Assembly (NCBI GenBank): GCA_965215125.1
Contig: OZ244052.1
Span: forward strand, 1,408,001 to 1,472,000
Direction of reading: 5' to 3'
Length of the DNA: 64,000 nucleotides
From: an uncultured candidatus Porisulfidus sp.
Lineage (GTDB): Bacteria; Pseudomonadota; Gammaproteobacteria; Poriferisulfidales; Oxydemutatoraceae
The notes under the pieces were generated by a model. That model did not search any database, was not told the origin of the DNA, and saw only the letters and a list, made by a program, of their open reading frames with translations. Shown piece after piece: positions 1-10,156 of the stretch. How positions within the stretch are numbered: the stretch's first letter is position 1; each line of letters starts with the position of its first letter. The position numbers and the translations under genes were made by a program.

Positions 1-5
1 GTCGG

Positions 6-1601
6 ATGCAACACAGTTTCAGGTCGGAGAACTTACAAGCGAGAGATCGCGTTGCGATTATGCTCGCAAACGGCGTGGACTGGGTTGTGTTTGACCAAGC
101 GGCACTGGGTTGCGGATTGATCACCGTGCCGCTTTATAATCACGACAACGCCGGCAATGTTGCCCATATCTTAAAAGATTCGGGTGCTAAGTTGTTATTT
201 AGCGATGCGACGCGAATTGAGAGTTTGGTTTTAGATGATTTGCCGGAATTACAACGCGTGGTTTCTATAGACAAAAAAGTGGATAACGAACCCCGATGTG
301 TGCGTGTGTCGGACTGGGAAGCCGAGGAGGACGTGCTACTTCCCGACGAGATAGACGGTGAGGCACTTGCGTCTATTATTTATACTTCGGGGACGACCGG
401 ACCGCCTAAAGGCGTGATGCTCACTCACGCCAATATCCTAAAAAACGCGCAAGCGGCAGCAACCGTTGCGAATATAGGCAACGACGACTTGTTCTTGTCC
501 TTTTTGCCGTTGTCTCATTCTTTCGAGCGTACCGCCGGCTACTATATGACGATGTGGGTCGGTGCCAAAGTCGCTTTTTCTCGGTCTTTGCAGCAGATTA
601 AATCGGACTTGCAAGACATCAAGCCGACGGTACTTATTTCGGTGCCGCGCCTCTACGAACAGATGTACGATCGTCTGACGACATCGCTATCGCAACGCCC
701 CTTGCCGATACAAAAATTATTTCAATTTACGGTGGCACTCGGCTGGTACCGCAGGTCTTCGCTATTTGCAAGACTGATTAGCTCGCCGATATGGCCGATT
801 ATGGATCTGTTGTTTGCAAGCAAACTCAGACAAGTCTTCGGTGGGCGTATGCGCTATACGATTAGCGGCGGCGCACCGTTGGATCCGGCATTATCCAAAT
901 TGTTTGCGGCACTGGGTGCGACGATCTATCAAGGCTACGGTTTGACCGAATCTTCTCCTATCGTTTCGGTTAACTTTCCCGACCTTGCCATAGGCAGTGT
1001 CGGCAAGGCATTGCCGGGGGTGGAAGTTAAAATCTCCGAAAACGACGAGTTATTAGTGCGTGGCTCTAATGTAATGCAAGGTTATTGGCGGCTTCCCGAT
1101 AAAACCGCCGAGGCTATAGACGACGAAGGTTGGTTGCACACCGGCGACCAAGCGCGACTAGATCAAGCGGGTCGTTTGTATATTACCGGCAGAATTAAGG
1201 AAATTATTGTATTGAGCAATGGCGAGAAAATTGCTCCCGCCGATATAGAACATGTGCTGGTACACGATCCACTATTTCAGCAAGCGATGGTTCACGGCGA
1301 GGGGCGTGCATTCTTGATTGCCCTTTTGGTGCTTGATCAAGAGGCGATAGCCCGTTATCTAAAGACACACCCGACCTTGGCTGCCGATACCGAACTGTCG
1401 TCTACTCGTCTACGGACGGCATTGAATAAACATGTCAATCGGTTGATGGATGCCTTTCCCGCTTATGCCAAAATACGCCGCATCGTTTGTTTGACCGAAC
1501 CGTGGACGATTGAAAACGGTTTGCTCACGCCGACACTAAAACTAAAACGCGCCCGAGTCGTTGAACGCTATCAAGAGCAAATAAATCAAGCGTATGAGTA
1601 G
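6..1601 (+). CDS. Long-chain fatty acid-CoA ligase (AMP-dependent synthetase), probably 5'-truncated by the window edge
   Basis: YTSGTTGPPKG AMP-binding motif, YQGYGLTE, GWLHTGD, C-terminal LTPTLKLKR. Confidence 0.9.
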   Translation: MQHSFRSENLQARDRVAIMLANGVDWVVFDQAALGCGLITVPLYNHDNAGNVAHILKDSGAKLLFSDATRIESLVLDDLPELQRVVSIDKKVDNEPRCVRVSDWEAEEDVLLPDEIDGEALASIIYTSGTTGPPKGVMLTHANILKNAQAAATVANIGNDDLFLSFLPLSHSFERTAGYYMTMWVGAKVAFSRSLQQIKSDLQDIKPTVLISVPRLYEQMYDRLTTSLSQRPLPIQKLFQFTVALGWYRRSSLFARLISSPIWPIMDLLFASKLRQVFGGRMRYTISGGAPLDPALSKLFAALGATIYQGYGLTESSPIVSVNFPDLAIGSVGKALPGVEVKISENDELLVRGSNVMQGYWRLPDKTAEAIDDEGWLHTGDQARLDQAGRLYITGRIKEIIVLSNGEKIAPADIEHVLVHDPLFQQAMVHGEGRAFLIALLVLDQEAIARYLKTHPTLAADTELSSTRLRTALNKHVNRLMDAFPAYAKIRRIVCLTEPWTIENGLLTPTLKLKRARVVERYQEQINQAYE

Positions 1602-2964
1602 ATTGTTCGTTAGTGCCACGCATAAATCGTCGGGCAAAACGATATTTACCACCGCCTTAATCGCATTGCTCAAAGCCCGAGCGGCGAACCCCACACCCTA
1701 TAAAAAGGGACCCGACTATATAGACCCACAATGGCTATCCGCAGCGGCGGGTGGCACATGTTATAACCTTGATTTCAATGTCCAATCAAACGACGAGATC
1801 GTTGCGATGGTGGCGGACAAGTCGCCGCCGGGAACAACCGCAGTGATAGAAGCGAACAAAGGTCTCTACGACGGTATTTCTTTAGACGGCAGCGACAGTA
1901 ATGCGGCACTTGCCGAAATACTCGGTTGTCCGATCTTGCTGGTCGTCGATTGCGAGGGCATGACACGAGGCATTGCCCCGTTGTTGTTGGGCTATGAAAA
2001 TTTTGTCCGCGAATTGTCCATAGGCGGTGTGATATTGAACCGAGTAGGCGGCTCCCGCCACCAAGCAAAACTCATCGCTGCGGTGGAACGATACACCGAT
2101 ATACCGGTCATGGGTGCCGTTATGAAAGATAAAGCCTTATTACTGCCCGAGCGGCATTTGGGTCTTATTCCCGCCAACGAAGCAACCGGCACATCATCGT
2201 TTATTGAAACCCTATCGGAGTGTATCGCACCGCAAATAGATCTGGAAAAGATTATGCAACTTGCGGCGCAGGCGACACCGCTTGCGCCTACTCGCAATAA
2301 ACACCAAAAGCCCGATGCGGACATACGTATCGGTGTGTTCAAAGACTCGGCATTTAACTTTTATTATCCGGATGATCTGGAGACACTTGAACATTGCGGT
2401 GCGGAATTAGTCTTTATCAATAGTCTGACAGATAACCGACTGCCGCCGATTGACGGGTTGCTCATCGGTGGCGGTTTCCCCGAAACCCAAGCGGGTGCGC
2501 TCGAAGCAAATCGGGCATTACGTCATGCAGTCGGCGAGGCGATAGAAGACCGCATGCCCGTCTATGCCGAATGTGGTGGTCTGATGTATTTGACCGATAG
2601 TATTCATTGGCAGGGTCGGCGTTTTGAAATGTGCGGTGTGATAGATGCCGATACGCAAATGTACGAAACACCGCAAGGCAGAGGATATGTTGAGTTGAAC
2701 GAAAGCGGCGAGACGATATGGGGTGGGGGAGGTGAGGACAACACGAGTCATGTGATCCACGCGCACGAGTTTCATTATTCTCGTCTTGTTGACATGAAGC
2801 AAAGTTATCCTACTGCATATAAAGTCTCCAGAGGCGTGGGTTTGGGAAACGGGCGCGACGGCATCGTCTATAAGAATCTATTGGCGGCGTATACCCATCA
2901 GCGCAACGCGTGCGGACGTTGGGCAGAACGGTTTAGCGATTTCGTGCGAACTTGTACGAGTTAA
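1594..2964 (+). CDS. Cobyrinate a,c-diamide synthase family (CbiA/CobB; possibly DsrN siroheme amidase)
   Basis: SSGKT P-loop, KKGPDYID, ERHLGL, glutaminase AECGGLMYL and HEFHYS. Confidence 0.85.
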   Translation: MSRLFVSATHKSSGKTIFTTALIALLKARAANPTPYKKGPDYIDPQWLSAAAGGTCYNLDFNVQSNDEIVAMVADKSPPGTTAVIEANKGLYDGISLDGSDSNAALAEILGCPILLVVDCEGMTRGIAPLLLGYENFVRELSIGGVILNRVGGSRHQAKLIAAVERYTDIPVMGAVMKDKALLLPERHLGLIPANEATGTSSFIETLSECIAPQIDLEKIMQLAAQATPLAPTRNKHQKPDADIRIGVFKDSAFNFYYPDDLETLEHCGAELVFINSLTDNRLPPIDGLLIGGGFPETQAGALEANRALRHAVGEAIEDRMPVYAECGGLMYLTDSIHWQGRRFEMCGVIDADTQMYETPQGRGYVELNESGETIWGGGGEDNTSHVIHAHEFHYSRLVDMKQSYPTAYKVSRGVGLGNGRDGIVYKNLLAAYTHQRNACGRWAERFSDFVRTCTS

Positions 2965-3128
2965 TTCCCCTCCTGTGGAGGGGTGGCAGGCGCAATAGAA
3001 TCGCCGATTGAGCCAGTAGGTCAATCGGCGTAACATTGTGCAGAACCTTGATACATAGTACAAAATGTAAAGCCTTTCTATGGGGTGGTCGCCGCGTATT
3101 CTGCACAAGCATAGTATCGGTACATTCC
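2965..3128. repeat. Composite palindromic intergenic repeat (REP-like)
   Basis: CCCCTCC-tgt-GGAGGGG hairpin plus CGCCGATTGA...TCAATCGGCG hairpin; same modules recur >10 times in the window. Confidence 0.85.
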
Positions 3129-3134
3129 AAACGC

Positions 3135-3189
3135 ACCATCTTTCTACGACCTCACACCGTCTATCTAATATTTACTACCGTTCGTCGGA
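3135..3189 (+). promoter_or_regulatory. Putative LytTR (AlgR-like) binding array
   Basis: ACCATCTTTC (3135), ACCGTCTATC (3156), ACCGTTCGTC (3177) at exact 21-bp spacing; last is the AlgR consensus. Confidence 0.55.
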
Positions 3190-3291
3190 TTGCCGAATCC
3201 TGCCTAATAGGCATCGGAATATATTTTTCCCCTACAGCACATCTTGCTTTAGAAAGATGTTTATTTATAATTTAACAATAGGAGAAAAGAG

Positions 3292-3522
3292 ATGAATATA
3301 ACTAACGAAAAACTATACGAAATGATAGTTGAAATAAGAGCCGACATGTTAACCTTCAAGGCCGAGGTAACATCCGAGATAGCGGAAATAAAAGCTGCCC
3401 AATCGGAACTTCGTGCAGACATTAGTAAATGGGGCGTTGCATTATTCATCGGGAGCATCGTCGCAATGACCTCGATTATCGGCGTGTTCTTGGCAAGCGT
3501 CATGTTGACGGTGGCGAAGTAA
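3292..3522 (+). CDS. Small coiled-coil protein with C-terminal TM helix (DUF1640/CCDC90-like)
   Basis: AGGAG RBS; heptad-like EIAEIKAAQSELRADI followed by KW and a hydrophobic tail. Confidence 0.6.
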   Translation: MNITNEKLYEMIVEIRADMLTFKAEVTSEIAEIKAAQSELRADISKWGVALFIGSIVAMTSIIGVFLASVMLTVAK

Positions 3523-3676
3523 GGACTAGGCTTACATTTGAGAACCGTCCGAAACGCAACATGACTCGCAAAATTCTAACTGCCACGCACGCCCTGATTA
3601 CGGTTCCCTAAACTAGGGTAAACGCAGTAATTTTGCCGGCGTAATACATGCAGAAGGAGGGGGAATAAACTACCCC

Positions 3677-4817
3677 TGTACAATGCCAGATACATATTGG
3701 ACTCTTTAGAACCTAATCTTTCCACTAGGAAAAGTACTTTTCCTAGTGGAAAAATACCTCTTAAATCAAAGTAGCCGACATGCAAAACCAGCACATCGGC
3801 TACCGCATTACAGGTTTTTATAAAATAGCCTCTTTTTCCAACAAAACGGAGGCTATGATGGCAACAGATGCCAAACAAAAACTTAATGCATTAGAATTTT
3901 GGAACAAACACGGCTTAAACGCAACCCAAGACTTTGTCGGGGTGAGCCGTTCCACCCTATACCGCTGGAAAAAGTGCTTTGACGAGGGCGGTGTATCCGC
4001 TTTGCGAGACGCAAGTAAAGCACCTCGGCAGCATCGTCGCCGTAATTGGTCTACTCACATCAGCGATGAGATTAGGCGACTGCGACACAGCTATCCGAAT
4101 ATGGGTGCGCCGAAGATTTATTACTTCTTAAAGCCGTGGTGTGATGCACGCGAACTGCAGTGTCCGAAGCCGCGCACCATTGCACGGTTGATTGCCGATG
4201 CATCCGACAACATGCGCTGTTCGCCCCCTAAACTCTCTAAAAGAAAACACAAATGCAAGACTTCTCAACCACGCAACCGTCTCAGCAAAGATGCCAAAGC
4301 GCAATTTCCCGGACACTGCGTGGCTATGGATACTATCCATTATTTCGTTAATCGAACACGCTATTATCTGTTCACTGCGATTGACCACTACAGCCGTTTT
4401 GCCGTTGCCATTACCTGCCGACGCGCCCACAGTAAAAATGCTGCGACATTCGCAAGATTGGTGGACACGGTATTCCCCGGCAACCTCTCTCAAGTACTGA
4501 CCGACAACGGGAGCGAGTTTGCCGGCGACTTCGAGGCTTATCTACAACGACACAACATTAAACACTGTTATACTTATCCTCGTTGCCCGAAAATGAATGC
4601 CATAGACGAGAGATTTAACCGTACCATTCAGGAGGAGTTTGTAGCACATCATGAGGATATTTTAGTGACCGATTTAGCACAATTTAACGACGTATTATTT
4701 GAGTATCTCGGGCGGTATAACTTCAGGAGACCGCACCAAAGTCTAGCCTATAAAACACCGGCACAACAGCTTGCTTCCTTTTGTCCCCATTTGTCCAATA
4801 TGTCATGGCATCGTACA
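3677..4817 (+). mobile_element. IS481-family insertion sequence
   Basis: TGT...ACA ends with imperfect IRs (TGTACAATGCCAGATACATATTGGAC vs revcomp TGTACGATGCCATGACATATTGGAC), ACCCC direct repeat at 3672-3676 and 4818-4822; HTH + rve DDE (MDT, TDNGSEF, ERFNRT); likely transposase start 3855. Confidence 0.9.
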
Positions 4818-4859
4818 ACCCCTACAAATGATAAACAATATGGTTTATACTATGCGGTT

Positions 4860-6074
4860 ATGTTTGATGTATTAACAGGCTACGGATTGTGGCAGTTGGA
4901 TTGGTGGGGATATATAGTCGTTGCATTAGTCCTGACCCATTTGACGATTATTTGTGTCACGCTTTACTTGCATCGTTCGCAAGCGCATCGGGCGGTTGAT
5001 TTTCATCCCGCGGTGTGCCACGCCATGCGTTTTTGGTTGTGGCTGACCACCGGGATGAAAACAAAAGAATGGGTATCGGTACACCGAAAGCACCATGCCA
5101 AGTGCGAATCCGAAGACGACCCGCATAGCCCGGCTGTAAAAGGGATACGCTTGGTATTATGGCAGGGTGCCGAACTTTATTCCGAAGAAGCAACCCATGC
5201 CGATACGCTGAAGGTCTATGGGTGCGGCACACCGGACGATGCTATAGAAAAGAATCTTTATAGCGGTTGTAGCGATTTCGGTGTTCTGGCATTATTGGCA
5301 ACGCACTTTGTACTATTCGGTTTTTACGGGGTCGCAATATGGGCGACTCAAATGTTGTGGATACCTTTCTTTGCCGCCGGTGTCGTTAACGGCATAGGAC
5401 ATTTCAGAGGTTATAGAAATTATCCTACGGACGATTACTCGACTAACTTTTCCAATCTAGGTATTTTGATAGGCGGAGAGGAATTACACAATAATCATCA
5501 TGCTTATCCTAGTTCGGCGAAACTGTCGGCAAAGTGGTGGGAGTTTGATATAGGCTGGTTTTACATTTGCATACTACATCGGTTAAAACTTGCTACCATA
5601 TTGCGTTTGGCACCAATCCCTTCTCGCAAACATAAGACAGATAAAAATCTGGATTTAGACACTGCCAAAGCACTTTTTGAAAGCCGCTTACATGTGACCT
5701 ACGAATTTGTCAACAAGGTGCTGAAGCCGGTATTACAAGCCGAGCTTACGAAGGCGGACGACGCTTGTCATCAGATGCTAATGCGTGTCAAACATATTCT
5801 GCCTAAACATCGTAATCATGTTAGTGTCAACGAACACGCAATACTCAACGAAGCTCTACTGAAAAACGAAACCTTAAAATTGGTTTGCGACTTTAGGCAC
5901 CAACTGCACGAACTGCTGTATGTGATAAAACATAAGGATTATCACAACCTCAAAGAAGCCCTATGTGAATGGTGCCGGCAGGCGGAACAAAGTGGTATTG
6001 AGACGCTTATAGAGTTTGCGCAGATGATGCAAGGCTATACCCTCAAACCGTCGGTCGCGCAAATAAAATACTGA
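4860..6074 (+). CDS. desA: Delta-9 fatty acid desaturase (DesA type)
   Basis: His boxes HRSQAH, HRKHH, HNNHH; TM segments; own ATG at 4860 in frame with the upstream transposase. Confidence 0.88.
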   Translation: MFDVLTGYGLWQLDWWGYIVVALVLTHLTIICVTLYLHRSQAHRAVDFHPAVCHAMRFWLWLTTGMKTKEWVSVHRKHHAKCESEDDPHSPAVKGIRLVLWQGAELYSEEATHADTLKVYGCGTPDDAIEKNLYSGCSDFGVLALLATHFVLFGFYGVAIWATQMLWIPFFAAGVVNGIGHFRGYRNYPTDDYSTNFSNLGILIGGEELHNNHHAYPSSAKLSAKWWEFDIGWFYICILHRLKLATILRLAPIPSRKHKTDKNLDLDTAKALFESRLHVTYEFVNKVLKPVLQAELTKADDACHQMLMRVKHILPKHRNHVSVNEHAILNEALLKNETLKLVCDFRHQLHELLYVIKHKDYHNLKEALCEWCRQAEQSGIETLIEFAQMMQGYTLKPSVAQIKY

Positions 6075-6087
6075 GCTGTAAAGGCAA

Positions 6088-6193
6088 ACCATCCCTCTCC
6101 ACAGGAGGGGAATGTACCAACACTGTACCTTGTGCGAAACCCCGGCAACCACCCCGTCAGGCTGCGCCTGCCACCCCTCCACAGGAGGGGAAT
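6088..6193. repeat. Composite palindromic repeat copy
   Basis: accaccccgtcaggctgcgcctgccacccctccacaggaggggaat, reverse orientation of the family consensus. Confidence 0.8.
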
Positions 6194-6216
6194 AATGGTT
6201 TCAACAGGCGATGTTA

Positions 6217-6375
6217 TCACTTGATTTTGGCTTCTTTATAGATTACATGTTTGCGGACGGTCGGGTCGAATTTTTTCAGTTCCAGTTTTTTAGTGCCTGC
6301 CGTCTTTTTGTTTTTGGTTGCGGTGTAAAAATGGCCGCTACCGGCACTGGATACAAGTTTTATTTTCTCTCGCAT
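6217..6375 (-). CDS. rpmG: 50S ribosomal protein L33
   Basis: Read manually: [17 protein letters not shown]...[19 protein letters not shown]; directly downstream of rpmB. Confidence 0.95.
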   Translation of the reverse strand: MREKIKLVSSAGSGHFYTATKNKKTAGTKKLELKKFDPTVRKHVIYKEAKIK

Positions 6376-6390
6376 TATAATCTCCCTGGC

Positions 6391-6615
6391 TTATCGTTTT
6401 TTGATATCGGCGAGGACTGCGTCTATTCCTTTTTTATCAATCAAGCGCAATCCTTTAGACGACACTCGCAAGCTAATCCATCGTTTTTCACTCTCCACCC
6501 AGAAGCGATGGGTTTGCAGGTTGGGTAAAAAACGCCGTCGCGTTTTATTATGCGCGTGGGACACATTGTTACCGCTCAAGGGCTTTTTCCCTGTTATTTG
6601 ACAAATTCTAGACAT
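6391..6615 (-). CDS. rpmB: 50S ribosomal protein L28
   Basis: [33 protein letters not shown]. Confidence 0.97.
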   Translation of the reverse strand: MSRICQITGKKPLSGNNVSHAHNKTRRRFLPNLQTHRFWVESEKRWISLRVSSKGLRLIDKKGIDAVLADIKKR

Positions 6616-6746
6616 TAATATTTTCCCACAAAGGGCGTATCATAGCATAAATAAAGGGATTTCGGAGTTTTTTAGTTTGAAGTTTAATTGCTAAATTGCT
6701 CTAAAAAAGTATAATTTAATAAATTTTAACAAAAAGGAGATTTCTA

Positions 6747-7346
6747 ATGGTTAATGATTGGAGACTAGAAGGTCAATATTTTGAATCATGCAACTGTGAT
6801 TTAGTTTGTCCCTGTATATTTTTAAGACCCCCCACCCAAGGATTCTGTAAAGCGATGGTGGGTTGGCAGATTGAAAAAGGCTATATGGATGATGTGGATT
6901 TATCGGGGCTTAATGTAGGTCTTTGGTTGTATGCTCCGGGTCTTATGACCGAAGGCGGTTGGCAGGTCACGCTCTATATAGACGAGCGAGCCGATGCTCA
7001 GCAAGCAGAGGCATTACAGAAGATTTGGGGTGGCACAGTCGGAGGGCATCCTGCGGTTATTGCCGGATTGGTCGGAGAGATTAAAGGCGTACATTCGGCA
7101 AAAGTGGATATCACATATACCGACAAGCAAAAAACCATGAAGATCGGCGATTACGGCGAAGTCAAGGTAAATGCGCTAGAAGGAGCCGAAGGCAAACATG
7201 TGTCGGTAGAGAACCATCCGCTTGCTATTGCCCCCGGTTTCGCAGCAACCGTTCATCAATCCGAATATATCAATTATAGCCATAACGAGGAGTTCCAATG
7301 TGCCGAGACCGTCGGTCTAGCTTCTGCTTTCGTATATCAATCTTAA
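6747..7346 (+). CDS. DUF1326 domain protein
   Basis: W.LEG.YFESCNC...CPC motif, IDERA...Q.EAL. Confidence 0.8.
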   Translation: MVNDWRLEGQYFESCNCDLVCPCIFLRPPTQGFCKAMVGWQIEKGYMDDVDLSGLNVGLWLYAPGLMTEGGWQVTLYIDERADAQQAEALQKIWGGTVGGHPAVIAGLVGEIKGVHSAKVDITYTDKQKTMKIGDYGEVKVNALEGAEGKHVSVENHPLAIAPGFAATVHQSEYINYSHNEEFQCAETVGLASAFVYQS

Positions 7347-7426
7347 TAAGTGATCATAAGAGTATGCATGTTGCAAAGATTGTCTAATAAAAAAAACAGG
7401 TGGCACTCGCCTTTCCCTCCTCTGCT

Positions 7427-7959
7427 ATGGAAACGGCATTTCCTGAATTCAAAGTTAAGAGCAGAAGCAGATTTCTGCGAACCCTCTTTATGCTGGTGTT
7501 GACCTTAGCCGTTGCTATAGGTTCACAATCTGCTCTGGCACAAACGGCACCCTGCACTTTGACCGACATAGACCGAGACGACGACGGTCTGATAGAGATA
7601 TGCGATTTGGAAGGATTAAACGCAATCCGCTATCAGATGGACGGCACCGGCTATAAAGCAAGCGGAGGGGCAACAAAGATTACCGCAGGTTGCCCTGCGG
7701 ATGGATGCAGAGGCTATGAGCTAACTAGAGACTTAGACTTTAATGACGATGCAAGTTATCGTAATGCATCGGCGAACAAACGCAGATGGACTACGAGAGC
7801 AGAGTGGCAGCCGATTGGCAATTCCTCCTCTAACGCTTTTAGGGCAACTTTTGACGGCAACGGCTATACAATCTCCAATCTGCTGATTAACAGAGGTGGC
7901 ACCAATTATGTAGGCTTGTTCGGTTCTACGAGAAGCGGGGCTAAAATTATTAATCTTGG
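7427..7959 (+). pseudogene. Secreted GLUG-like surface protein, truncated by IS3
   Basis: Signal peptide, DIDRDDDGLIEI, YELTRDLDF, WQPIG, FDGNGYTISNL, GLFG; frame runs into IS3 left end at 7960. Confidence 0.7.
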
Positions 7960-9172
7960 TGACGTTCTCCCTAAATTTATTACCAATGTTAAAGTCGGTT
8001 TTTCCGATAAACTAGAGAAGTTAAAAACATTACAGGAGAACTTAACATGAAGAGAAAACGTTTTAGTGAAGAACAAATCATTAAGGCATTAAAGTCAAAT
8101 CAAGCCGGCATGAAAGTAGTCGATATCTGTCGTGATCTAGGCATCGCCGAACAGACATTTTATCGCTGGCGCAGCAAGTATAATGGCATGGAAGTGGCAG
8201 AAGCTAAACGCCTGCGAGAGCTTGAAGCCGATAATAGCAAGCTCAAGAAGCTATTGGCTGAATCGGTGATGCAGTGTGAAACACTCAAGGAGGTATTATC
8301 AAAAAAGTGGTAAAGCCGGCGCAACGCAAGCAGATTGTCAAAGATCTAGTGAGCGCGGGTCGGCATAGTGAACGCACTGCGTGTGCCCTTGCCAGTATTA
8401 GTCGCACTGCATATCGCTATCAGGGCAACCAAGCCGATAAAGATCGTCAACTGGAAGTTGCGTTATTGGAGAAGGCAAAGTAGTATCCACATTATGGCTA
8501 TAAGATGTTGCATGCGCTTTTGAAGAGCGAAGGCCGGGTCGTCAATGTGAAGCGTACCTATAGGCTTTATAAGAAGCTCAGGCTTGAATTGAGAACCAAG
8601 AAGTGCAAGAAGCTGTGTCATCCGCGTAGCGTGCCGAAAACACCGGCTAGGGTGAATGAGTGCTGGTCAATGGACTTTGTGCATGACCAGTTCAACGACG
8701 GCAGATGCTTTCGGGTACTGAACATAGTAGATAACTTCAGCCGTGAATGTGTCGGACAGATTGTTGATGTTTCGATTACCGGTCAACGCATAGCAAATTA
8801 TCTATCCGAATTGATAGAACGGCTCGGCGTAAAGCCGGCACGCATCGTCTGCGACAATGGCACCGAGTTTAGATGCAAGGCGATGTTCCACTGGAGCCGA
8901 GACCGGCAGGTGGAATTGGACTTTATCCAACCCGGCAAACCGACCCAGAATGCCTTTGTAGAAAGTTTCAACGGCAAGTTCCGAGACGGTTGTCTGAACC
9001 AGTTCTGGTTTCGTTCAATAAAAGAGGCGAGAGAGATTATAGAAGCCTGGCGAATAGATTATAATGAAGTGCGTCCGCACAGCGCATTGGGTTATCAACC
9101 TCCGAGTGTATTTGCGGAGGCTATAGCATGAAAACTAACTTTGTAGATGGTAATAAAAATGGGGTAACGTCA
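7960..9172 (+). mobile_element. IS3-family element (orfA 8047-8313; orfB to 9131) with a nonsense codon in orfB
   Basis: TG...CA ends with IRs TGACGTTCTCCCTAAATTTATTACC / revcomp TGACGTTACCCCATTTTTATTACC; A6G frameshift site 8301-8307; WSMDF, DNGTEF, ESFNG; in-frame TAG at 8481-8483; no target duplication. Confidence 0.9.
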
Positions 9173-10132
9173 CACGAAATCCGTGTAAGAAACGATTGGA
9201 AACGGCAGGAAATAACGGCTTTGATGGCAATGCCGTTCAACGATCTTTTATTCAAGGCGCAAAGTATTCACAGGCAATTTCACGACCCGCAAAAAATACA
9301 GATCAGCACTTTGTTATCGATTAAAACAGGAGGATGTCCGGAAGATTGCGCATATTGTCCGCAAAGTATCCGCCACGATACCGGCTTGAGTCCCGAGCGT
9401 TTGTTGGATACCGCAGAAGTGCTCGAGGCGGCGAAGCGCGCTAAAGAAAGCGGTGCAGATAGATTCTGCATGGGGGCTGCATGGCGATCTCCAACCGATA
9501 GAAATCTAGAGCGTGTCGCAGAAATGGTGGAAGCGGTCAAAGCTATGAATTTGGAGACTTGTGCGACATTGGGCATGTTGAGCGAATCACAAACTCGTAG
9601 ATTAGCAAGCGCGGGTCTTGATTATTACAATCATAATTTGGACACCTCGCCGGAATTTTACGGCAACATTATTACGACACGCACCTATGAGGAACGGCTT
9701 AAGACGCTAGATCGTGTAAAAGCGGCAGGTATAAAAGTGTGTTGCGGCGGCATACTCGGTATGGGTGAATCTCGCGCCGAACGCGTCGGGTTGCTTTGTC
9801 AACTGGCAAACCTTGAAACGCATCCCGAATCGGTACCGATTAATCTATTGGTGCAGGTGAAAGGCACACCGCTCTATGGTACGGAAGCCTTGGATAGTTT
9901 AGAGTTTGTGCGCACTATCGCAACTGCGCGTATCGTAATGCCTAAGTCGTGGTTGCGGCTCTCTGCGGGTCGTGAATTCATGTCCGAAGAAATGCAGGCT
10001 TTGTGTTTCTTTGCCGGAGCAAACTCTGTTTTTTACGGAGAAAAATTATTGACTACCGCCAATCCCAAGGCGGAAAGTGATATGGATTTATTCAAACGGC
10101 TTGATTTGCAGACAATTTCCGCACACGGATAA
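9128..10132 (+). CDS. bioB: Biotin synthase
   Basis: CPEDCAYC radical SAM motif, YNHNLDT, PESVPIN, AGANS; first 15 codons lie inside the IS3 end. Confidence 0.93.
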   Translation: MKTNFVDGNKNGVTSHEIRVRNDWKRQEITALMAMPFNDLLFKAQSIHRQFHDPQKIQISTLLSIKTGGCPEDCAYCPQSIRHDTGLSPERLLDTAEVLEAAKRAKESGADRFCMGAAWRSPTDRNLERVAEMVEAVKAMNLETCATLGMLSESQTRRLASAGLDYYNHNLDTSPEFYGNIITTRTYEERLKTLDRVKAAGIKVCCGGILGMGESRAERVGLLCQLANLETHPESVPINLLVQVKGTPLYGTEALDSLEFVRTIATARIVMPKSWLRLSAGREFMSEEMQALCFFAGANSVFYGEKLLTTANPKAESDMDLFKRLDLQTISAHG

Positions 10133-10156
10133 GTCATTCTACAACCGCGATACTCG

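Noticed and set aside
5640-6074. ISL3-transposase-like helical tail on the desaturase
   Set aside because: This tail is a normal part of proteobacterial DesA proteins, not a second insertion
8481-8483. In-frame TAG in IS3 orfB as programmed recoding
   Set aside because: Single occurrence with no supporting signals; a simple nonsense mutation is more likely
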